Origin: Eledone cirrhosa
Lineage: Eukaryota
Length of the DNA: 64,000 nucleotides
Direction: 5' to 3'
NCBI GenBank assembly: GCA_964016885.1
Contig: OZ024744.1
Coordinates: 118,172,001-118,236,000 of the forward strand
The position numbers and the translations under genes were made by a program. How positions within the stretch are numbered: position 1 is the stretch's first letter; each line of letters starts with the position of its first letter. Positions 26,901 to 38,894 of this stretch are shown here, piece after piece. The notes beneath the pieces were generated by a model. The model did not search any database. It was not told the origin of the DNA and was given only the letters and a program-made list of their open reading frames with translations.

Positions 26901-29814
26901 CTAGTTTAACAGCACTTGGTCCTTGGGTGGTAGACTTAATATGTCACCCAGTTTAACACCACCTGGTCCTTGAGTGGTAGACTTAATATGTCACCCAGTT
27001 AAACACCACCTGGTCCTTGGGTTGTAGACTTAATATGTCACCCAGTTTAACACCACCTGGTCCTTGGGTGGTAGACTTAATATGTCACCCAGTTTAACAC
27101 CACCTGGTCCTTGGGTGGTATACTTATGTCACCCAGTTAAACACCACCTGGTCCTTGGGTGGTAGACTTAATATGTCACCCAGTTTAACACCACCTGGTC
27201 CTTGGGTGGTAGACTTATGTCACCCAGTTTAACAGCACTTGGTCCTTGGGTGGTAGACTTAATATGTCACCCAGTTTAACAGCACTTGGTCCTTGGGTGG
27301 TAGACTTAATATGTCACCCAGTTTAACACCACCTGGTCCTTGGGTGGTAGACTTAATATGTCACCCAGTTTAACACCAGCTGGTCCTTGGGTGGTAGACT
27401 TAATATGTCACCCAGTTTAACACCACCTGGTCCTTGGGTGGTAGACTTAATATGTCACCCAGTTAAACACCACCTGGTCCTTGGGTGGTAGACTTAACAT
27501 GACACCTAGTTTAACAGCACTTGGTCCTTGGGTGGTAGACTTAATATGTCACCTAGTTTAACAGCACTTGGTCCTTGGGTGGTAGACTTAATATGTCACC
27601 TAGTTTAACAGCACTTGGTCCTTGGGTGGTAGACTTAATATGTCACCCAGTTAAACACCACCTGGTCCTTGGGTGGTTGACTTAATATGTCACCTAGTTT
27701 AACACAACCTGGTCCTTGGGTGGTAGACTTATGTCACCCAGTTTAACACCACCTGGTCCTCGGGTGGTAGACTTAATATGTCACCCAGTTTAACACCACC
27801 TGGTCCTTGGGTGGTAGACTTAATATGTCACCTAGTTTAACACCACCTGGTCCTTGGGTGGTAGACTTATGTCACCCAGTTTAACACCACCTGGTCCTTG
27901 GGTGGTAGACTTAATATGTCACCCAGTTTAACACCACCTGGTCCTTGGGTGGTAGACTTAACATGTCACCTAGTTTAACAGCACTTGGTCCTTGGGTGGT
28001 AGACTTAACATGTCACCTAGTTTAACACCACCTGGTCCTTTGGTGGTAGACTTAATATGTCACCCAGTTTAACACCACCTGGTCCTTGGGTGGTAGACTT
28101 AATATGTCATCTAGTTTAACACCACCTGGTCCTTGGGTGGTAGACTTAATATGTCACCCAGTTTAACACCACCTGGTCCTTGGGTGGTAGACTTAATATG
28201 TCATCTAGTTTAACACCACCTGGTCCTTGGGTGGTAGACTTAATATGTCACCCAGTTTAACACCACCTGGTCCTTGGGTGGTAGACTTAATATGTCACCT
28301 AGTTTAACACCACCTGGCCCTTGGATGGTAGACTTAATATGTCATCTAGTTTAACACCACCTGGTCCTTGGGTGGTAGACTTAATATGTCACCCAGTTTA
28401 ACACCAGCTGGTCCTTGGGTGGTAGACTTAATATGTCACCCAGTTTAACACCACCTGGTCCTTGGGTGGTAGACTTAATATGTCACCCAGTTTAACACCA
28501 GCTGGTCCTTGGGTGGTAGACTTAATATGTCACCCAGTTTAACACCAGCTGGTCCTTGGGTGGTAGACTTAATATGTCACCCAGTTTAACACCACCTGGC
28601 CCTTGGATGGTAGACTTAATATGTCATCTAGTTTAACACCAGCTGGTCCTTGGGTGGTAGACTTAATATGTCACCCAGTTTAACACCAGCTGGTCCTTGG
28701 GTGGTAGACTTAATATGTCACCCAGTTTAACACCACCTGGTCCTTGGGTGGTAGATTTAATATGTCACCCAGTTTAACACCACCTGGTCCTTGGGTGGTA
28801 GACTTAATATGTCACCCAGTTTAACACCACCTGGTCCTTGGGTGGTAGACTTAATATGTCACCCAGTTTAACACCAGCTGGTCCTTGGGTGGTAGACTTA
28901 ATATGTCACCCAGTTTAACACCAGCTGGTCCTTGGGTGGTAGACTTAATATGTCACCCAGTTTAACACCAGCTGGTCCTTGGGTGGTAGACTTAATATGT
29001 CACCCAGTTTAACACCACCTGGTCCTTGGGTGGTAGACTTAATATGTCACCCAGTTTAACACCACCTGGTCCTTGGGTGGTAGACTTAATATGTCACCCA
29101 GTTTAACACCAGCTGGTCCTTGGGTGGTAGACTTAATATGTCACCCAGTTTAACACCAGCTGGTCCTTGGGTGGTAGACTTAATATGTCACCCAGTTTAA
29201 CACCAGCTGGTCCTTGGGTGGTAGACTTAATATGTCACCCAGTTTAACACCACCTGGTCCTTGAGTGGTAGACTTAATATGTCACCCAGTTAAACACCAC
29301 CTGGTCCTTGGGTGGTTGACTTAATATGTCACCTAGTTTAACACCACCTGGTCCTTGGGTGGTAGACTTAATATGTCACCCAGTTTAACACCAGCTGGTC
29401 CTTGGGTGGTAGACTTAATATGTCACCCAGTTTAACACCAGCTGGTCCTTGGGTGGTAGACTTAATATGTCACCCAGTTTAACACCACCTGGTCCTTGGG
29501 TGGTAGACTTAATATGTCACCCAGTTTAACACCACCTGGTCCTTGGGTGGTAGACTTAATATGTCACCCAGTTTAACACCACCTGGTCCTTGGGTGGTAG
29601 ACTTAATATGTCACCCAGTTTAACACCACCTGGTCCTTGGGTGGTAGACTTAATATGTCACCCAGTTTAACACCACCTGGTCCTTGGGTGGTAGACTTAA
29701 TATGTCACCCAGTTAAACACCACGTGGTCCTTGGGTGGTAGACTTAATATGTCACCCAGTTTAACACCACCTGGTCCTTGGGTGGTAGACTTAATATGTC
29801 ACCCAGTTTAACAC
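23902..29814. repeat. Tandem satellite B, 47-bp unit (44-bp variant), roughly 125 copies, with an internal hairpin
   Basis: Consensus GTCACCCAGTTTAACACCACCTGGTCCTTGGGTGGTAGACTTAATAT. Each unit contains the inverted repeat ACCACC...GGTGGT. Confidence 0.99.
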
Positions 29815-30215
29815 TAGTAAGAATATATTTTTTTATCCCGTTTGTAAAATAAGTTGGATTACTTTGAATAAATAATGAATGAATATTATATAATTTATCT
29901 ACTAAATTTTGCTATTCTTGATTAAATATAAATAATTTTGTGGCTTATTTAAAGATTCACTTCTTTAAATTTTTTAAATGTCAACACTTCCGGTTAGTAA
30001 TCACTTAAATAAACATTCATATATTTCCGTCACTAATTTTCTCCTAATGCAGTTTATATATAATATCGTCTTTTTTTAATGTATCATGGATTATGTTACT
30101 GATTACATAAGACAGTGTTCAATTTCTGTGTATATTGTCAATTACAATTGTATTTGATGTATCATATCTACATGCATATATACTTGCGTATAATATCAAT
30201 ATACACACTACACAT

Positions 30216-30255
30216 GCTAGCAGAAAACCACCCGAAGGGTGGTTTTTCTGTTAGT
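30216..30255. repeat. Isolated 40-bp palindrome/hairpin, possibly a Helitron-terminus-derived mini element
   Basis: GCTAGCAGAAAACCACCC-GAA-GGGTGGTTTTTCTGTTAGT; the ends resemble CTAG-type Helitron 3' termini on both strands. Confidence 0.55.
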
Positions 30256-30404
30256 CTATATAACATACATTACAATATAGATAGAAAGTTTGTAGCTAGA
30301 TTCATCAATAACTAAATGGAGGGTTGAGCCTTACATAGTCCTCTTTCTACCTCTCTAGCAATAGAGAATAAAAAAAATAGTATAACACTTATAGATTGGG
30401 CACA

Positions 30405-30555
30405 CAAACATCGTTTAATGTACATTTTCCATGCTAGTATAGGTTAGACAAGCTGTCCTGCTGTGAGACAAGTCAGATCAGGTCACAATGATCATACAGA
30501 ACTGTTTCAAGCATGATTTCTACAGCTGGATGTCCTTCCTAACACCAACCATATT
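30405..30555. mobile_element. Degenerate interspersed repeat (SINE or LINE-tail) fragment; related copy at ~22055-22140
   Basis: TTTCCATGCTAGTATAGGTTAGACAAG...TTTCTACAGCTGGATGTCCTTCCTAACACCAACC matches TTTCCATGCCAGTATGGGCTGGACAAG...TTTCTACAGCTAGATGACCCTTTCTGATGCCAACC elsewhere in this window. Confidence 0.55.
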
Positions 30556-30769
30556 ACCATATTCCTTTTTGTTGTGTTAACAATATGACCCCCCTTAAAA
30601 TGTAGACTGGGTGACACTAGATTTCCTCTTCCCTGTCCATACACCGCTTTCATCTTAACACACCATACTTCTCCAGCCTAAACCTACCTCTCCAACACCA
30701 ACCTTTCCACCCATGCATACAAACATGGAAAGCTCGACAGACTCTCCTACAATGTTACTAAAATTACTA

Positions 30770-31070
30770 AAAACTCTTAGTCAACCCTGTAAGATGATCC
30801 TGCTAGTGACACAACAAAAGTCCCTAGTCCATTATGTAAGATGTTCATGTTGGTGTCATGACAAAAGAGCACCCAGCCCACACTGTAAGATGGTCGAGTT
30901 GGGAACAAGACAAAAAGCACCCTATCCATCCTGTAAAGTGGTCGTATTGCCGACACAAAAAGCCCCCAGTCCACCCTGTAAAGTAGTTATGTTGGTGATA
31001 CAAAAAAAGGACCCTGCCTACCCTTTAAGATGGTTACAATGGTGACAACAAAAAATACCCAGTTCACACT
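30770..31070. repeat. Old, diverged ~50-bp tandem repeat, about 6 copies
   Basis: Recurring ACAAAAAGCACCCAGTCCACCCTGTAAAGTGGT-like unit with many substitutions. Confidence 0.7.
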
Positions 31071-31557
31071 TCAAATGCATATACACATGCTCATAGATAA
31101 GTAAATATATGAAAACTGGTGGGAGATTTATCTGAGTAAATACATAGACAGCACATAAATATATATATATATATATAAACAGCTCATAGTTATGCAGTGA
31201 GTTCGCAGTAATTCCTGTGCAGGTTAAACTTGGAGTAATAATAGTGAAAGAATGAAGAGTAACATAAGAGTAAAATATATATATATATATATATATATAG
31301 TACATAACATATATATATATATATATTTTACTCTTATGTTACTCTTCATTCTTTCACTATTACTACTCCAAGTATAACCTGCACAGGAATTACTGCCAAC
31401 TCGCTGCATAACTATGGAAGAATCTTGTTGAGTCAAACAAAGCCGTACGTTAAAACTATCCTCGATGCAGAGTACTCACAACCTCTAACTGGATTACCTA
31501 TAACGATAACTTGTTATCCCATATACCCAGCTCCCACTAGGTTGAGCAACAACCTTA

Positions 31558-33586
31558 ATGCACGGCACTAACATGGAAAAGCACCACATAGGCATGTCAC
31601 TGAAAAACATACCTATACCTACAAACAAGGACTATACACTCGGCAGATACAGCTTGCACAAAAAATACAAAAAAACTACAGAATCGGCACTCACTAGCAT
31701 TAATAAGGAAGGACTTAGCATAGTAAAAAAACTGAAAATATCTGATAGAGCTGAGCCTCTATCCCCTTGTTACTCCACATTTAACCTAAAGGATCACAAA
31801 AATAATTTCGAAATAGACCCCACAATTAGATTAATATGCCCATCGAATTCGGATATAGGTAGAATTAGCAAGTATATACTAGATAGAGTAATCACACAAA
31901 TTAAGGACAAACTAGTAATTAAGCTATGGGGTAACACAAACGAAGCAATAGACTGGTTCAGCAAAATAAACAGTAGAGAAACATCCAACCTTGTACAGTT
32001 CGACATTAATGACATATCCGCAGTCACCCTGGGTAAAGCGTTAACCATTGCACAGAAAAATTTGGACCTTACCTCGGACGAAATTAAAATAATACTAGCT
32101 GCTAGAAGGACTATCATTAGATTCGAAAATAGTTACTGGGAACGAAAAAACAGACAGAATAGCTTCGATATCACAATGGGATCTAACGACACAGCGCAGG
32201 TAACAGACTTGGTGGAATATATATAGCGCACAACTTACATAAGGAATTCAATAACCTCCAGGGAGGAATTTACAGAGATGACACACTCCTAACCAAAAAC
32301 TTAATCAAAACATGGAAAAATTACGAAAAAACAGAGTATTCTTCAATAAACTAAGCCTAGGTATCACTTTCGAACTTATCTCTAAAAAAGCAAATTTCTT
32401 CGATGTAACACTCAACCTAAACGCAGGATTAATAGAGCCCTTCCATAAGAATAACGAGAATCTAGCCTACATTAGTTATAACTCAAACCACCCCCGATCC
32501 ATGATTAACTCCATAACACATAGAATATCCCTCAGAATATCCTGCCTATCTTCAAACCTAGAAATTTTTAATGAACACGCAAACTATTATAACATACATA
32601 AGGCTGGACATAAGGAGAAGCTGGAATACGTACTAGATAGAGACAGCAGCAACAAACCTAACGACGACAACACTAGCCGCTCTTATAGAAGTAACAAGCA
32701 TAAGACTAAGCATAGAATTAGACAACGAGCACCAAAAATAACTGAACCGAACACTAATACAAGGACCCCCAAAAACTATAGAAGAACCAGAGATTCAATC
32801 CAATATTCAACTCCTCTATAAAAACTAAACTACCTTCTACATTCTTTAAACTAATAGACAAGCATTCCCTACACTACACAAATACCATAGAATCTTTAAT
32901 AAAAAACTATAAAACTATCCTACTCTACTACAGCCAGCATAGAATCACACATACGTAAAATCAACCACAAAAATATCTCTAAAGAAATTAACCTACCAAC
33001 ATACACCATAGCACCAAATACAAAACTCAAACACATAACATCACAACAACAAACACATCAGGGCGCATCACAACAAAACACTAATAGGCCTAAATCGCAA
33101 CCCACCCACAACAACTTACAAAACCGCAACGGAGAACCTGCACACAGAAAAACCTCAAATTGTAATTGCCACCTACCAGATAAGTGCCCACTACAAAATA
33201 GATGCCTGGATTCGAGTATTGTGCACCTGTGTACTGTAAATTCAAGCAACTCTACTTGGCACTACATAGGTTCCACGGCTAGGGAGTTCAAGAAAAGGTG
33301 GTACATCCAGACACTCCATGAAGAACCGTAGACTGGAGAATTCTACGACACTCGCCAATAAAATCTGGCAACTTATAAACAAGAACCAAGAATATAAAGA
33401 ATTAGCTGGTCAAAATTATCAGTAGCAAGGGCCTACAGCAACGGAATGTCCCACTGCGGACTTTGTAATTTAGAACTACTCCATATTTTAAGGTATGATG
33501 GGATGTTGCTTAACAGCAAAAGAGAAAGATCAATTTTCTGTAGGCATAAAATAGCTACCAGATTCACAAACTTCAAACCACCATGA
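31558..33586 (+). pseudogene. PLE-1 reverse transcriptase/GIY-YIG endonuclease ORF, frameshifted and with deletions
   Basis: ORF pieces 31558-32226 and 32312-32821 plus downstream out-of-frame segments ending ...FCRHKIATRFTNFKPP* at 33586; collinear with the uninterrupted ORF at 43109-44989. Confidence 0.88.
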
Positions 33587-34204
33587 TTTGAACCAGCAAT
33601 CCCAAAATTAGAACTGAACCACCTAGATTTTAACATATAGAATACACACCATCACACTGCTATTAGCTGTCAAATGGTCAACTGGATCATAAATCTCTGA
33701 ACATCTCTTTCACCCTCAACCCCATTAAGATAGAACAGTCAGCAAAACATTTACAACACGTTTGTCAAACCTCCCTTCACAATCTATCCCTAGCCCTTAA
33801 ATCTCATCTTGTATCCCCCAATTAATCTCTAATTTATTGCTTTTTCTTTTATCTGTCACTACATCTCAGACTCTCTACACGTATCTATGTATATTTCGAA
33901 TTTGGTTTTTCATGTTAGCACTAAACCCACCAAAGAATCCTTATAAGAACACTTACTCACCACCACCACAAGCATACTCTGTACTTACATGCTCTCACTT
34001 ATCTTTATTAATTTCTTTATATTTTTCATTTTCTTATTTTCTTACTTTTTTAATGTATCCTATCTTATCTTTTACTTTTTATTTTTTACATCTGTAACTT
34101 CTCTACCTATTTACCATATATATTTTATTATTGATGTTATTGTTTTGATTATACGCTATTTTTCTATATATATCTTGCCTCGAGTGAATTATTTTTATAT
34201 CTAC

Positions 34205-34303
34205 GTACTCTGTGTTGACCAGAGGTATTGGAGATCGAGTGATGCAACTTCAAGCGATTAGCGAGCTCTAGACTCACCTGATCAATGAAACAATTGTCAG
34301 TAC
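34205..34303 (+). ncRNA. Degenerate type I hammerhead ribozyme in the PLE-1 pseudo-LTR
   Basis: Stem I GTACT/AGTAC; core reduced to CTGTG (CUGANGA expected); long stem II (TTGACCAG...CTGATCAA and GAGATCG...CGAGCTC); GAAA-C-AATT-G-TC with palindromic stem III and GUC triplet. Confidence 0.6.
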
Positions 34304-34616
34304 TTGTAATAAAGCCCCTTATTGTACAGCCAACCATGTTACTCTTCATTCTTTCACTATATATATAAAACAGTAGATGTCTGTCTGTGTGTGTGTATGA
34401 TTTTTATGCATTTCCACATTTCTCTACCGATTTTGATGAATTTTTTTCCAATGTGCTCCAAATTTACCAGGGCAGGTCAACACATAATTATTTTTGCCAA
34501 AAATGTCCTGCTTCTATGAAAAAAAATCGATAAACCTAAATACATGCTGTAACCCTCTCTCTTACACGCTTCATGCCTCTCACTACTACCATCAAAAATA
34601 TATGAAACTACATACA

Positions 34617-34750
34617 TGTTGCAACTCTCTTTAAAAGGTTCATATTTTCCTCTACTCCACTCTCAATCTCCTCTGCAACTCTCTTTAAAAGGTTCATCAC
34701 TCTCTCTACTCCCCTCTCAATCTCCTCTGCAACTCTCTTTAAAAGGTTAC
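34617..34750. repeat. Short tandem repeat (~54 bp, about 2.5 copies) in the Helitron 1 5' region
   Basis: TGCAACTCTCTTTAAAAGGTT occurs three times. Confidence 0.75.
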
Positions 34751-35055
34751 TGCCTCCGTCTACTACCCTTTACAGTTTAGAACAACAAAACTTCTTTTGA
34801 AAGAACGCAACACAAACTTTGAAACCTAAGCAACAACAACCTTAGCTTTACTCTCTCCGTCGCTCTTCCTTCTCTCTACAATAGATTATTCCTCCTCTCT
34901 ACAGTCATAACGACACTCATACATCAAATATCAAAATTTAAAAAGCCGATAACACTAAATACATACTGCTTTCTCAACGTTACATTTTACATCAAATAAC
35001 AAATATTCAAAAGCAACAGATGAATTTATAAAACAACAAACGTAACCATAACGAC

Positions 35056-35363
35056 CTCTCTATAATTTAACTGCTTTACTCTCTCTGTCACTCTTCACTC
35101 CCTATATGACAACACTGCAGAGAGAGAAACAATGTATATGATCAAATGGAGCGTTCCGTATATTCCCCCTCTCTATAATTTAACTGCTTTACTCTCTCTG
35201 TCGCTCTTCACTCCCTATATGACAACACTGCAGAGAGAGAAACAATGTATATGATCAAATGGAGCGTACCGTATATTCCCCCTCTCTATAATTTAACTGC
35301 TTTACTCTCTCTCTGTCGCTCTTCACTCCCTATATGATAACACTGCAGTGGAGCGTTCCGTAT
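35056..35363. repeat. 113-bp tandem repeat, about 2.7 copies, within Helitron 1
   Basis: TATAATTTAACTGCTTTACTCTCTCTGTC at 35061, 35174 and 35287. Confidence 0.9.
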
Positions 35364-35469
35364 TGACATACGGCTTATCTGGGGCATTTTCAATCGGCTT
35401 ATTGCAAATAATAACCTGCAAAATAACACTTCATATAACAGATTAATGTTATAGACATATGAATCGGAA

Positions 35470-38371
35470 TGTAACCCGTGAACTTTTTCCTGGGCAAAAT
35501 TATTCGAACAGACATGACCTCATTGCCAGAGTGTTCAGACTGAAACTGGCTAAACTCATGGCTTTAATCAAAAAGGTCAGGTATTTGGGGTTGTAAAATG
35601 TGACATGTTCACTGTCGAATGGCAAAAACGAGGGCTGCCAGATACTCACATTTTGATTTGGTTAGCTGATAAAATCAATTCAAATGCCATAGACAGCTTC
35701 ATTTCGGCTGACATCCCTAACCCAGCAACTGACCAGGAATTACATGACATCGTCAAAGCTAACATGGTCCGTGTGCGTTGGGTCCTAATGAGCATCACAC
35801 GTGTCTGAAGGGGGGATCATCAAAAAATTTGTTGACCAGACTCAGACTGGTGGCAACGGGTACCCCCTGTACAGGCGGAGACAGCCTGAGAACGATGGTT
35901 TCACCACAATAGTAAGGGGAGGTCAAGTCGACAATAGATGTGTGGTCCCTTACTGCACGTTTCTCTTGAAGATGTTAAACGCCCACATCAACGTTGAGTT
36001 TTGCAACTCCGTCAAGTCTATAAAATACATATGCAAATATGTAAATAAGGGCTCTGACATCGCAATGTTCGCATTTCAAGCTGAAAATAGCAGGGACGAG
36101 GTCACAGAATACCTGGCGGGGCGGTACATAAGTAGCAATGAAGCTTTTTGGCGCCTATTTGGTTTCCCCCTACACCAACGGCACCCCGCCATGGTACAGC
36201 TTGCGGTACATTTGGAAAATGGGCAAAGGGTTTACTTTACGGACCAAACCCCCACCAAGTTGGCCGCCGATCCGAAAGAGACCACTCTGACGGGTTTCTT
36301 CAAACTTTGCCAGTTCGATACATTTGCGCAAACAATTGTGTACCCCCAGGTTCCATCCTACTTTATATGGTCGAAAAACACTTGGGTGCGAAGAAAGTCA
36401 GGTCAGGCTGTTGAAAGACATCCTGGTGTAAAATTTGACAGCTGTCTTGGAAGGGTTTAGACTGTGCCCCCCAAGTCAGCATGAGTGCTTTCATCTCCGC
36501 CTTCTTCTGCATGAAGTTGTAGGCCCACAAAGTTTTCAGGACCTCAAAACTGTTGATGAAGAAATATGTGCTACGTACCGGGAAACCTGCTTTAAGCGTG
36601 GTGTTTTGGAAGATGATTCGCAATGGGATTTCACTTTAGCAGAGGGTGCTTTGTTGAAATCACCTAAAGGTCTACGGGAACTCTTTGCCATTTTGCTTCA
36701 AAAGTGTGAATTGGGTGATCCCAAATCTTTATGGGTCAAGTACAGAGACTTCATGTCTGAGGACTTCCTGCGCCTGGCTCATCTGCAGTATCCTTCAGTG
36801 GAAGTTGGTTACAGCGGCATTATCTACAACAGGGCACTCATTGATATCGAGGACGCCCTCCTCGACATGGGTGGGAGTGAGTTGGCAACGTATGGCTTGC
36901 CGTCAACCATCAGAGAGGAAGCTAACACGTTGGCCCCGGATTTGTTGCGGGAAACAGCATATGACATCGAATCTCTTTCACAATACTTAGAGGAAAATGA
37001 GCCCAAACTTCAGTCGGACCAAAGGTTGGCCTATTTAACTATCATTTATGCGGTTCAAAATCAGACTGGGGTATTTACTTTCTCGATGCTCCTGGGGGTA
37101 CCGGAAAAACTTTTGTAACAAAATTGATTCCCACTAAGATTCGTCAGGAGAAAAAAATTGCGTTGGCCGTTGCATCGTCCGGGATCGCTGCTACTTTGCT
37201 GCCGGGAGGCAGGATAGCACATTCAACCTTTAAACTCCCCTTGGATTTAGTAAAAACTGAGACACCAACATGCAATATCAGCAAGAGTTCACACGAAGCT
37301 CTGGTTCTCAAAAAATGTTGCCTCATTGTTTGGGATTAGTGCACAATGGCACACAAGGGTGCCCTTGAGGCATTGGACAGGACCCCGAAAGACATTAGGG
37401 ATTTTACGGCTCCTATGGTTGGCGTAACCCTTCTGCTATCAGGGGATTTTCGGCAAACGCTGCCTGTCATCCCCAAAGGGACAAGAACTGATGAAGTGCA
37501 TGCCTGCCTTAAGTCATCCATGTTGAGGCTCTAGGTGAAGAGTTTGTACCTGAGCACAAATATGCGTGCTCATTTGCATGGTGGCAACATGTCTGCAGTA
37601 TTTGCTCAGAATATTTTAGCATTTGGTGAGGGCAAGGTCCTTGCGGATGACAAGGGCGGCATAGCAATCGACACCCTGTGCAACATTGTGAGCAGCCCTT
37701 CAGACCTTTGGGAGGCAGTTTTTCCTAATGTCTCATTTAACTTTAAAAACTTCGATTGGCTCAGCGAAAGAGCCATGCCTGCTCCGAAAAATACCATGGT
37801 TAATTTTATTAACGAGCAGCTGATTGAGAAGATTCCCGGTGAAGAGCCATCTTCAAATCTATCGACCGGACGTCAGACCCCGACGATATCGTTAATTATC
37901 TGGTTGAGTTATTAAATTCCCTTGAGCCCCCAGGGCTCCCACCTCACATTCTTAAGCTTAGGGTTGGCTGTCCCATTATGCTAATAAGGAACTTGCGCCC
38001 ACCAAAGCAGTACAACGGTACTCGCATGGTCGTCAAGTCACTGACGCCCCACTTGATTGAGGCCACCATTGTAACGGGGTGCGGGAGAGGGGAGAATGTT
38101 TTCATTCCAAGGATGAACCTTTTCCCCCTCAGCGTCAGATATCCCGTTTGATTTCCGGCGATCCCAATTCCCGGTGAGACCATGTTTTGCCATGTCCATT
38201 AACAAGTCACAAGGGCAAACATTGTCGGTGGCGGGCATCCATTTGGGGGAGCCATGCTTCTCACATGGTCAACTTTATGTTGCCTGTTCCCACGTAGGGA
38301 GCAGGAATGCACTTTTTGCTTACACTCCTCAAGGGATGACACGCAATATCGTCTACAGAGAGGTGCTATAG
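35470..38371 (+). pseudogene. Helitron 1 RepHel (HUH Rep + PIF1-family SF1 helicase) pseudogene
   Basis: RHDLIARVF; VEWQKRGLPDTHILIW (HUH motif with H>D); KYICKYVNKG; GRYISSNEA; LAVHLENGQRVYF; Walker A DAPGGTGKTF; ASSGIAATLLPGGR.AHS; GDFRQTLPV; INKSQGQTL; FSHGQLYVA. Multiple frameshifts and stops. Confidence 0.93.
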
Positions 38372-38894
38372 ATGTTGGTACAGGTGAAGGTGTTGGAGCT
38401 ATGTCGTCTGGAAAACTATTTCCTGGTAGGGTCACTCATGGCGGACAGATGTGACACCCAGCGGCATCAAGGCCACCATCTTGTAACTTTGGTCTGCTAA
38501 ATTCGCTATTGGAAGATTATTAACCCATCATTGATTGTCCAAAATGCTAATTGGTTCGTAACTTTTAATAACCGGTTCAACTGCTTTATGCAATTAATTG
38601 ATAAGCTTATTCGCTTTCAAGCCACGTTTACCTGTATGTAACTTTTCATAGCAAATGAATAAACCCGAGCAACGCCGGGCTAAACTGCTAGTATATATAT
38701 ATATTTCGTTTCTGAATTTGTTTAGCAAGATTCTTTATCTGAAATCGTGTGTTGAAACCGATATTGTTATACTTTGGGAGGGTCATGTTGCCAATAAGAA
38801 ACACACGCACCAGTTGCTTTCACTTCAATTTATTATAAATTTATAAATTTCTGGTTGGTTGGTTGGTTCCACAACCAGATAGTTGTTTATATAT

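Larger units (their letters stand above)
31185..34360 (+). mobile_element. Penelope-like retroelement PLE-1 (RT + C-terminal GIY-YIG, likely Hydra-type), decayed
   Basis: 5' inverted duplication (31185-31416) around a (TA)n run. RT motifs LKDHKNNF, VQFDI, FDITMG, GGIYRDD. Linker CNC-x5-C-x5-C, endonuclease YIG motif, C-terminal CGLC...FCRHK. 3' tail ATGTTACTCTTCATTCTTTCACTAT (~34336-34360) repeats the element's 5' start (~31337-31361). Confidence 0.88.
34358..38691 (+). mobile_element. Helitron 1 (decayed, Rep N-terminus deleted)
   Basis: 5' end TATATATATAAAACAGTAGATGTCTGTCTGTG; 3' hairpin CCCGAGCAACGCCGGG (38664-38679) followed by CTAG|T (38688-38691); Rep and PIF1-like helicase remnants in between. 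Confidence 0.88.

Noticed and set aside
23902-29814. CRISPR-like array (short repeats with an internal hairpin)
   Set aside because: No unique spacers, the units are contiguous, there are no cas genes, and the context is eukaryotic.
30216-30255. Rho-independent terminator
   Set aside because: The hairpin plus T-run shape fits, but the context is an animal intron with no prokaryotic gene.
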